Assembly (NCBI GenBank): GCA_001179505.1
Contig: CDMY01000410.1
Span: forward strand, 1 to 64,000
Direction: 5' to 3'
DNA length: 64,000 nucleotides
From: Vitrella brassicaformis CCMP3155
Lineage: Eukaryota > Protista > Chromerida
Part shown: one piece after another, positions 46,030 to 56,700 of the stretch
Layout: every line of letters begins with the position of its first letter
Numbering within the stretch: the stretch's first letter is position 1
Translations under genes and position numbers: made by a program
Notes under the pieces: generated by a model
Seen by the model: only the letters and a program-made list of their open reading frames with translations
Database searches by the model: none
Told to the model about the DNA's origin: nothing

Positions 46030-48004
46030 CTAAGGCGCCTGGCCGTCGAGCACGATGGCGGTGATAGGGCCGAGGACGCGACGCACCTTGGCGGCCGTTC
46101 GGGGGAATCCCTGGGCGAAGGGCGCGTCATGAGGGACACCCGCTGCTGGCGCCTCTGTGGTACTGATGTAGACGCGCACTACATGCACACAACAGCAGAG
46201 CGGATGATCAACGACACGACAGCATGAGGATGTGTTGTCAGTGTGTACGCGTACCGTCCTGGTAGTTGCATGGGGGGATGACGAAGAAAATGCATGCGAT
46301 GAACGGATCGCCAGACGTTGTCAGCACATGCGTCTGTACACACCGCTTACTGGCCCACTCCCATGCCAGCACATCCGAGCACTCGTCGAGGGGCGTGTGC
46401 GGTGATTGGGTGATGATGCGGTCGAGGTGGCCGCGACGTACACTCCTGACACACATCAATACCGGACCACATGGCCATTCGCCCTCTCATTGCGTGTCTT
46501 CCATCGGCTCACCTGTCCACCACCACTGCTGGTGATCGGTGAAGCCGCCCACAGCCAACATCCGATGAGCCAGCATCCGACGCTTCAACATGCAACTCGC
46601 CGATGCGTCAACGGCGCCGTCGTTGACACCAATCGTCACCCACCCCACACCATTGTCCCACTTCATGCGACAGCAGACTGGCGGGTCGTGTGGCTTGGCG
46701 TGGTGGGTGAAGGGGTGCTGCGAGAAGGGATGGACGGGGCGGTTGGGGCGGGGGAGGGGCAGGCTGAGGGTGATGGCGAAGTTGGGCTCGTTGCGGATGA
46801 CGCGAATCTCGTTGTTGTTGTGGCGGAACAGCTGAGTGCGCCGTCTTGCTGGCCATTGGGACGGCGGAAGGCCACATTGCGGCCGACGAGCATCCACTGC
46901 GCACAGAAACGGGGCAGCGCCAAGAAATCCTGCAGCCAACACACACACATCCAGCAGCTCACCCATTGCCTCTTCTGTGTGTCGTGCTTACCGCCTTGGT
47001 GGGGTGTGTCTGCAGGTCTCCAGCCCCCACAGTGATCGGCAGCTGGCAATAGCCGAAATGCTCACCGAATCTGAGTGTCTCCGCCACCTCCCCCCAGCCG
47101 CCCTCGCCCCCCTCCTCCACCACCCACATGGCCTTCATCACATCGCCGTGGCTCAGCTGATTGTCGAACTGCACCAGACCACCCACCCTCGCCACCTCGA
47201 TGGCCTTCGGCAGCCGAATACGGCGGATGATGGGCCGCAGAGCGTTTCTGATGGGGCGGGCTGTCGCCTTGAGGTGGGCGACCGTGATGAGGTCAGACAG
47301 TGCGGTGATGTTGCTCATGGGTCCGGCAGGGATGTCAGTCAGGTGCAACCGTCGCGCCTGATGACACACACAAAGAAGGACACACACAGCACATAAGAGG
47401 TGCACAACACACCACATCAGTGTGGGTCTTGTGTTTGTGCCTGCCTGTGGTCACTCCCTTGCTGACCTGTGTGCGGCGATGTCTTGTGAGTGCGATGGTC
47501 GAGTTAATAGTCTCTGCCAACTCGGCCAGCAGCTCGGACACAGCAGCAAACTGACGACTCACCTTGTCCACCATCTGACGAATGAATCAACACGACGAGA
47601 GCACCATGACACAGAGGTCTTTGTGGTGTGGTGTGGTTGTCAGTGTGCTGCTTCGCAGCCTGCCGCACCAGTGGTGTCATCGAAGCTGCGGTGTCCATCT
47701 GCAGGAGTTGATCAATGCAGCTGTTGACCTGCACACACACACACACACACACAAGCAAGCAGCCGATGAGCTTTGGATGCACTGCATGGAATGGACGAGT
47801 TGGTATGTGTGTTGGTCAGCTGATACCTGAGCCTGCTTCAGCCGATAGCCTTGAACCTGCGGCAGCAGCTGCGCTCGTATCATCTGCACCAAACCGGACA
47901 ACAAACCACACAGACAGCACAACTGGTTCACGTCAATGATGTAGGTGATTTGTTTGGCCTGCAGCTCCCTCTTCTCTCACCTGGGCGGCGGCAATGGCAG
48001 CCAT
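46030..48004 (-). pseudogene. F-box-like family, copy 3 (frameshifted)
   Basis: Same exon structure as copy 2, starting MAAIAAAQ. A 1-nt deletion at ~46835 (gcactcagctg vs copy 1 acacttcagttg) splits exon 6 across two ORF-track frames. Ends VLDGQAP*. Confidence 0.75.
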
Positions 48005-48168
48005 CGTGCACCCAAGCAGCGAAAGCTATGGATCTGAGTGCTCTTTTGTGGCGTCAACGGACTCTGCACGCCTCTGTCGTCGCCATGCTACATTGCCCCT
48101 TTCAATCTCTCCTTCCATTGCCAGCTGGCTTTGAGCTCGCAGTCGGAAGGGGGGATGCAGAGGGAGAT

Positions 48169-51088
48169 ATGGCTGCTCGTGCGCGTGAGGTTGAGGCCGA
48201 GGTTGTAGCCCTCCAGAAGGCATGCGGCGCGCTGACCCTGGAGGGCGACGAGCCAGGAGGACCCCCAGTAGTGGCGCGAGAGCCAGAAATGGCCAAGCTG
48301 AAGGAATTTCTCAAAAAGTAAGTAGGGAGCACACAGAGGGCAGCACTCACAGCCCTTCAAGATTGCCCTTCCTTCTGCACCCCATTCCCCATCAATGCAC
48401 GATGCATCCATCCATCTGTTTGTTGATCAGGGCGTATGATCAGGATGGCGGCTGTCTGTATGTGGAGGGGCCGCCCGGCAGCGGCAAGACCCTCTGTGTG
48501 ACTCGTGCGGTGGAGGGCGTGACGGGCAGCAAGCCCCGCCTCATCAACGCCATGCCCCACGGAGCCTTCACCGACGTACTCGAGCAGCTGGCAGACAGCG
48601 TCGACCTGACCACAAAGGCAAAGCAGGACGTCGAGAAGGCCAAGAACCAGGGCGCCAAGTACGAGATACTCAAGCAGCACATCCACAAAGAAAGCAAGAC
48701 ATGGTACGTACGGATGGGTGGTGGGTGGGATATGGCTGGGGGGATATGTATGGGTGGGTGGNNNNNNNNNNNNNNNNNNNNNNNNNNNNNNNNNNNNNNN
48801 NNNNNNNNNNNNNNNNNNNNNNNNNNNNNNNNNNNNNNNNNNNNNNNNNNNNNNNNNNNNNNNNNNNNNNNNNNNNNNNNNNNNNNNNNNNNNNNNNNNN
48901 NNNNNNNNNNNNNNNNNNNNNNNNNNNNNNNNNNNNNNNNNNNNNNNNNNNNNNNNNNNNNNNNNNNNNNNNNNNNNNNNNNNNNNNNNNNNNNNNNNNN
49001 NNNNNNNNNNNNNNNNNNNNNNNNNNNNNNNNNNNNNNNNNNNNNNNNNNNNNNNNNNNNNGGGGGGATATGTATGGGTGGGTGGGGCAAGAAGGGTACA
49101 TACGTTAGGTAGCTTTGTCCATGTGCTTCTCTCTCCGTGTGTGTCGCATTAATGTGTGCAGTGTAGTGGTACTGGACGGCTTTGATCGGATCGCCACAAG
49201 AGGACGTGGAGCGTTCCGGCGCGGTGCAGCACAGCCACCACGCCCAGCTCTTCCGCCTCGCCATGGAGCCCACGTCCAAACTAGTACTCATCGGTCGGTA
49301 CGCCACACGCGATGGATGCGATCTACGCACACAAACCACCGAGCGAGACAATAGCGATAGCACCTTCCTCCTCTTCGCTCTGTCTGTCTGTCTGTCTGCG
49401 GATGGATGCAGGCATTTCGAATTCCCCCCTGGGCGAATTGCTCAAGAGGAAACTGGAACGACACCGTAACCATATATCCACACATACACACATACAGCAA
49501 ATGACACACACACATTCAGACACATCCCATCAGCATTCACTCCTCTCCCTTCTCCCCTTTGTCTCGCTTCCCTCCCTCCCTCCCTCCCTCAGTCCTCCCG
49601 CAGGTTCTCCAGTTCAACAAGTACACCTCCGCCCAGCTGCAGCAGATCGTAGAAAGCCGCATCTTCAAACAGGCCCCGCCCCCGCCCCCGCCCCCACCCT
49701 ACCCCACCGACACACACATGGCGTCCCCCGACGACCCACCCGCCCGAGCCGGCCTCCGCACCAGCAAGCGCAAGAGCAGCCGCATGTCCACCAAGGTGCC
49801 TGAGGGCGAGCAGGACGGCCCCAAGCGGCGCAAGGGTGAGGCGGGGGTGCGGAGGGCCGTACAGGCGACACACCACAAGAAGGGGAAGGGTGAGGGGGAG
49901 GGGGAGGGAGAGGCGGACTGGGAGGGGGGTCAGTTTGAGGAGCGGACGGGGGGTCGTGGTGGGGGTCTGTGTATGACTCCCACGTCCCGGAAAAATGTGG
50001 AGTTGCTGTGTAAGAAGGCGGTCGTCCAGCATGAGGGCGACGCCCGCAAGACACTGGCCATGCTCAGGTTAGGTTCGTCACACAGCACAGCACAGACAGC
50101 AACGAGCGACAGACACGAGGGAGGCACACAAGACAGACGAGTGAATGGGCACCGCCCCGCCCATCCACTCTAATTCATTTCTCTCTGTGTGTCAATCTCT
50201 GTGTGAGTCAGGGCGGCCCTGGGTGCGCGCATCGAGCAGTTGAGGAGCCAGGAGTTGCAAGAGCCCAACCCCCGCTCGTCGTCGGTGGCCCTCGCCCCAC
50301 CCTCTCGTCGGTCATCGCGCCGCCCCGGCTCACCCGGACCCGCGGCAGCGGCTGCTGGTGGTGCCACTACTGCCAGTGCCAGTGCCGGTGGTGGTGGTGG
50401 TGGTGCGGGTGCCACCCTGCAGATCGAGATGGCTGAGTTGGCGGCAGCGGCGCAGGCCGGTCGTGAAAGCCGTGTGTCGATCATCAGCAAGCTGACCCGC
50501 TCCATGCACATCGTGCTGCTCGCCGCACTTGAGGCCGCCAAGAAGAGCAGCACGGGCAGTTTCACCGGATCGGAGTTCATGGTCAGTCAGTCGGTACAGA
50601 CCACAGATGCATGACGTGACAGGAGGGAGGGAGGGAGGGAGGGATCCCCAGGAGAGAGCGCATGGCGTCTGTCTGTGTGTGTGTGTTGTTCAGGCTGAGC
50701 ACCGCAGGGTGTCCCGTCATTACGTGTCGGTCCACGACCCCGGCGAGTTTTGGGACGTGCTGCAGCACACACAGGCCTACGGGTTCATCGGAGTGCACGG
50801 TAGGGATCCTTCACACACATAAGCCACGACCCGTCTGACTCTGTGCGCATTGCATCCTCCGTGTGATTGTGTGTGTGTGTGTGTGTGTGTCACTTATCAC
50901 TCATCCATCCATCCATCCATGTGTCAGCCCCGCGCTCGTCTCGGCCCGGGAGGAGGAAGACGGAGACGCCACCGCCTTGCTGTTACGGCCCCGCCGCTGC
51001 CAAGAACACGTACAGCGTCCAAGACATCCCCGAAGGCGAGGTCGAATCAACGATTGCCCTCCTCATGCGACTCATCGAACAGGGCTGA
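48169..51088 (+). CDS. CDC6: CDC6/ORC1-family AAA+ ATPase (atypical; possible frameshift)
   Basis: REPEMAKLKEFL, Walker A CLYVEGPPGSGKT, Walker B-like VVVLDGFD, sensor-1 KLVLIGISN, LQFNKYTSAQLQQIVESRI, GDARKTLAML, and a winged-helix-like C-terminus (IISKLTRSMHIVLLA). An assembly gap lies in an intron. Confidence 0.8.
48762..49061. other. Assembly gap (300 N)
   Basis: Run of n. The sequence gggggatatgtatgggtgggtgg occurs on both flanks. Confidence 0.99.
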
Positions 51089-51309
51089 CTGACCTCCCCC
51101 GCCCGAGCGACCGCACACAGACTGACTGGCAAGACACACGGACACACAGACAGACAGACAGACAGACGGACGGACACGGTCTAGCGATGGATATGGAACA
51201 ATGTCTCGTCCACCCAACGTGTGCTCACTCATTCTCGTAGTTGACCGCCTGGATGCGCATCTGTCCGTATGTCTGTGGATGCGTGTGTGTGTGTTGGGGG
51301 GGGGGGGGG

Positions 51310-51609
51310 NNNNNNNNNNNNNNNNNNNNNNNNNNNNNNNNNNNNNNNNNNNNNNNNNNNNNNNNNNNNNNNNNNNNNNNNNNNNNNNNNNNNNNNNNNN
51401 NNNNNNNNNNNNNNNNNNNNNNNNNNNNNNNNNNNNNNNNNNNNNNNNNNNNNNNNNNNNNNNNNNNNNNNNNNNNNNNNNNNNNNNNNNNNNNNNNNNN
51501 NNNNNNNNNNNNNNNNNNNNNNNNNNNNNNNNNNNNNNNNNNNNNNNNNNNNNNNNNNNNNNNNNNNNNNNNNNNNNNNNNNNNNNNNNNNNNNNNNNNN
51601 NNNNNNNNN
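51310..51609. other. Assembly gap (300 N)
   Basis: Run of n flanked by poly-G. Confidence 0.99.
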
Positions 51610-52550
51610 GGGGGGGGTCTGTGTGTGTGCTGTGTGGGCGTCTCTCGCGATGCCGGATGTGCGTGGTCACATTGGGAGGGAAATTAAGAGCCGGTGGGGT
51701 GGCGCGCGGGACAAGAGAGCGACAGACATCGAGAGAGAGAGGGGGAGCGAAAGGCGGACAGAACAGCTTAGCTGCTCCTGTGAATGTGTAGACCCGTGTG
51801 GCTGGGCTGACGTGTTGATACTGACTATGGTTGGCCGACCGCACACTTGACCCATGGATGGATGGATGGATGGCCTGATTGACCGTTATGATGGTGCACA
51901 TGACATGGCATGGCTGGGAGAGACACTGACACTGCAAACGGACAGACAGTCGATATTGATCTCACTCAACCTGTGCCGCAGCGTGAAACCATGTGAGTCC
52001 GTCAGTCAATCCAACCGCCCACCACCAACCATTCAATCAACCACAGAGATCCGGACAGCGAGCCCCATTGTAATAATAAGTGTATTCTGTGCGACCCCAT
52101 GCTTTTTATCAGACAGGGCAAAAGCGGGTCGCACAGTGATCTGACAGACGAGTGGCTCATGATGCACCCGTGCCTGCGTGCCACTCGTCGAACAGCGCAC
52201 CATCAGTTTTGGAGACTGATGTGGTGGTGGTGTTGCGGGGGGGCAGCGAAGGAATGGGTGCATCATGCGCAGCACTCAAAGAGTGAATGAATGAATGAGT
52301 GGGTCCAGACAGGGAATCGACTACGGTAAGCCGACCAATCGCAACCAACCAACCAATCAACCAACCAATCAACCCGCCACCCCTCCTTGCCAGGAGTCAG
52401 TACTGTCACTCTCACGCCCATTCCCTCACTTACACACACACACATGCAATCCGGGCACTCACCTGTCTGTGTATACGTCGCTATATATATCAATGACTGA
52501 CAAAAAAGGACCGCCGCCGACCCACGGGACGGACCGACAGCCAGCAATTA

Positions 52551-53488
52551 CCGCCCTCGCCCCCCTCCTCCACCATCCACATGGCCTTCATCACATCGCC
52601 GTGGCTCAGCTGATCGCCGAACTCCACCACACCGCCCACCCCCGCCACCTCGATGGCCTTCGGCAGCCGAAGGCGGCGACAATCGGCCGCACGACGTTGG
52701 TGATTGAGCGGGCTGTCGACTTGAAGTGGGCGATGGTGGTGAGGTCAGACAGTTCCATGGCTGCCGATGGTTGTGACGTCAGACGCTGCGATGACGATGC
52801 TCATGAGCTCAGGGGGGATGCTATCGAGGCTCAACTGTCGGACCTGGACACACACACACAAAGCAGCCATAGGACATGTCTGTGGTCTCTCTCTCAGCTG
52901 TGTGTGGGTATGTGTTGTCAGTGCGATGGCGGTGTCTATGGTGTGTGCCAGCTCGGCCAGCATGTCGGACACAGCCGCAAGCTGGCGGCTCACTTTGGCC
53001 ACTATCTGCCGAATGAATGAAGCACAAAAGGCCAGACAAGAGGACAGACACAAGGAGGCCACTGTGCTGTGACTGTGACTATGTGCTGCTTGGCATCCTG
53101 CACGCACCTGTGTTGTCAGCTGAGTATTGTCCATCTGCAAGAGTCTCCTGTGATGCCTCTGTTGGCCTGCACAAACAAATGGACCACAACACCCACCCAG
53201 CACAAGACGCAAGCATTGAATGGATGAGTGTGATGTGATGTGTTGGGTGGCCACCTGATCCTGATTCATCTGAAGGCAAGCGATGACCAAAGGCGTGAAC
53301 TCAGGCTGCGGCAAGAGCTGCTCCCGCAGACGCATTGCAACCATCTGCACCAGACAGCAGGGCAACACAAGCACACGGACAGCACAGCAGGCATGATGCA
53401 TGCGACGATTCACGTGCGTTGCTTGACGCTTTGCTTGGCCTGCAGGCCTCTCTCCTCTCACCCGGTTCGTACTGACGTCGACGGCCAT
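52551..53488 (-). pseudogene. F-box-like family, copy 4 (3'-truncated, disrupted)
   Basis: Exons MAVDVSTNR|MVAMRLREQLLPQ...|IVAKVSRQLAAV...|LSLDSIPPELMSIVIA. An internal ~20-nt duplication creates a stop at 52745-52747, and a further 1-nt loss occurs near 52680. Homology ends after MWVVEEGGEGG (~52551). Confidence 0.8.
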
Positions 53489-53774
53489 TCTAAAGATTAT
53501 GAATAACACTGCTGTCTGGATGCGACTGAATACGCCTCCCTCCGCGCCCTTCCTTTGCTTTCCTCCCTCTCTTTCGTGCGAGCTTGAAGAATGCCGAACA
53601 CAAGGAGAGAGATCGGCGGGATCATTGAAGTAGTGGACGTATAGCGGCATCGCATCACATACGCCAGATCTGATCTCCCTTTTGAAGTACCTGTCTGTCA
53701 TACCTCGCCACGGGCGGCTTCCACTCATCGGCGCTGCATATATACCCGACGGATACCATCGCATCTCTGCCGAC

Positions 53775-56700
53775 ATGGACGACGTTGACGACCTCTTCGC
53801 CGCCTTCGACCAGAAGGACGAGCCAGCAGCCCGCGACAAGCCTCCACCCAGGCAGCTGAAGCGAGCAGCCGAGAAGCCTTCGGAAGGCCGTCCGGATCAA
53901 GGCGACCAACAGGAGCAAGCACCAAAGCGGCCACGCGTGCAGCCACAGGCCAGCGATGGTCCACAGGCTGCTGCTGCCGCTGCACCGACGGCCAACGGCG
54001 GAGCAGCTGCGGCCGCTGAAGACGGTGGCATGGCGGGTGGTGGTGGTGGTGGTGGCAGCGATGATGCGGGTGGTGGTGCGGGTGCCAAGGTGGTGATAGA
54101 GAAGTACAGCGAGAAGCCCAACTGCATGCACTACTGCGTGCGGCCGTCGACCTACGAGCGCAAGCCCATGCCCACCGTCAGCACGCCGGCCCACACGTAC
54201 CCGTTCATCCTCGACCCCTTCCAGGCCACATCCAACCAGTGCCTCGAGGCCAGGGAGTCGGTCCTCGTATCCGCACACACGTCGGCAGGTCAGCATGGCA
54301 TGGCATGGAGGGAGGGAGGGAAGGATTCATTCATCCACACATCAAATCCATCGTATGTGCGTCCATGTCTGTCTGTCTGTCTGGTGTGTGCGTGTGCGTG
54401 TGCGTGTGTGTGTCAGGCAAGACGTGTGTGGCTGAGTACGCCATCGCGATGGGTCTGCGCGACAACCAGCGGGTCATCTACACGAGTCCGATCAAGGCGT
54501 TGAGCAACCAGAAGTACCGCGACCTGAGCGAGAAGTTCAAGGACGTCGGCCTGCTCACCGGCGACGTCTCACTCAACGCTCACGCCTCTGTCGTTGTCAT
54601 GACCACCGAGATCCTCAGGAGCATGCTCTACAGGTAGGTCGACCCGCCCATCACATTTGCAATAAATCAACAAATTGTGTGTGTGTGTGTGTGTGTGTGC
54701 GCGTGTGCAGGGGCTCCGAGTTGATGCGTGAGATGGCGTGGGTGATATTTGACGAGATTCACTACATGCGTGACCGCGAGAGGGGCGTGGTGTGGGAGGA
54801 GACCCTCATCCTCCTCCCCGACACCGTCAAGCTGGTCTTCCTCTCCGCCACCATACCCAACTCCCTAGAATTCGCTGAGTGGATCGCAAACATTAAACAC
54901 CAGGCAAGCAGGCAAGCCTGGCGGGACAGTTTACGTCTCATCCATCTCTACCTCTGTGTGTGTGTGTGTGTGTGACCTCCCAGCCGTGTCACGTGGTATA
55001 CACTGACTACCGTCCGGTGCCGCTGCAGCACTACATGTTCCCCGCCGGAGGGGACGGCATCTACCTCGTCATGGACGAAAAGGGAGAGGTCAGTGGCCNN
55101 NNNNNNNNNNNNNNNNNNNNNNNNNNNNNNNNNNNNNNNNNNNNNNNNNNNNNNNNNNNNNNNNNNNNNNNNNNNNNNNNNNNNNNNNNNNNNNNNNNNN
55201 NNNNNNNNNNNNNNNNNNNNNNNNNNNNNNNNNNNNNNNNNNNNNNNNNNNNNNNNNNNNNNNNNNNNNNNNNNNNNNNNNNNNNNNNNNNNNNNNNNNN
55301 NNNNNNNNNNNNNNNNNNNNNNNNNNNNNNNNNNNNNNNNNNNNNNNNNNNNNNNNNNNNNNNNNNNNNNNNNNNNNNNNNNNNNNNNNNNNNNNNNNGG
55401 CGGGGAGTACATGGATGGATGGATGGATGGCACTCTCGTGTGTATGTGCGCGTGTGATGGGTGGGTGACTCATCGATCAGTTCAAGGAGTCGCGTTTCAC
55501 CGAGGCCGTCGCCAGCATCGGCAAGGACATCGAAGACCAAAAGGTATGTGGGCACCGTAGGCACCAATTGTTGGCAATGCACACCACACACGCAGCGCAG
55601 CAGGGTCGGCTCACGTGTGTGATGGGACGGACGGCCGCATGAATGTCTGTCTGCGTGCAGCTCGATACATACGATAAATGTGATGTGCACCGCGGTGCAT
55701 CTGTCGCGCGGTGCGGGTGTGTGTGTCAGATGTTGACCAAGAAACAGTTGGCCAAGAACAGGGACCGCAACCGAAGCGACCTCGAGAAAATCGTCAAGAT
55801 GTGCCACGAAAAGTACATATGCACATGCGCACCACTTCACCAGACCACACCAGCCATCCATGGCGGGGCGGATGTGCGCTCATCTGTGCCTGTCTGTCTG
55901 TATGTGTGGATGTGTGTGTGCAGGTCGTATACGCCGGCCATCATCTTCTCCTTCTCCAAGCGTGACGTGGAGGGCAACGCCGTCGCCATGAAGAAAATCG
56001 ACCTTCTCGTGCGTATCACACACACCGCACACACAAACACACGCCCGGCCGTCTCCTCGCGCGCACCTCTCTGCGTGTGTGTTTGGTCACCCACCCAGGG
56101 AGATGACGACAAGCGCATGGTGGAGCAGATCTTCGACAACGCCATGAAGACGCTGGCCGACGAGGACAGGGCCCTCCCGCAGATCCTCTACATCAAACCC
56201 CTCCTCATGCGCGGCATCGGCATCCACCACGGCGGGCTCCTCCCCATCATCAAGGAGGTCATCGAAATACTTTTCCAGGTCAGCACACCGCGCCACACAC
56301 CACACGGAGGGCGAAATTCCAAGGACAGATGATGGACAGAGAGATCAGTCAAGACCTTGAGTGATCCCCACGCGGGCGTAGCTCCCTTAGCTCAGTTGGT
56401 TAGAGCGCGAGTCTTATGAGCTCGAGGTCGACGGTTCGAGCCCGTCAGGGAGCGTTTTGCCAAAGTTGTGATGAAGCCGTTTTCTCTCCAAGACCGCTCC
56501 CGTTGTGCCGAGCAGCCTCTCGTGTGCTTTTGGAACCCTCATCAGCCGTAGCTCGCATAGATCCGCAGAGATCTCCTTGCTTAGCTTGTGCCTGTCTTCT
56601 TGTGTGTTGGCTTGTGCCGACGATGGGTTGATCTTTGGTCTTTCTGTGCTGTGTGTGTGTGTGTGTGTCTAGGAGGGTCTGCTGAAGGTGCTGTTCTCGA

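Noticed and set aside
48700-49090. Repeated gggggatatgtatgggtggg on both sides of the gap
   Set aside because: Probably an overlap or collapsed simple repeat at an assembly join, not a biological feature.
51090-52550. Short ORFs between CDC6 and pseudogene copy 4
   Set aside because: Low-complexity sequence with no coherent exon chain or motif.
25687-53488. The repeated ~2-kb unit as a transposable element
   Set aside because: No transposase, RT or integrase motifs, and no TIRs, LTRs or TSDs were seen. The copies retain spliceosomal introns, so gene duplication is the simpler reading.
36211-55861. ORFs containing long X runs
   Set aside because: Artefacts of the four 300-N gaps.
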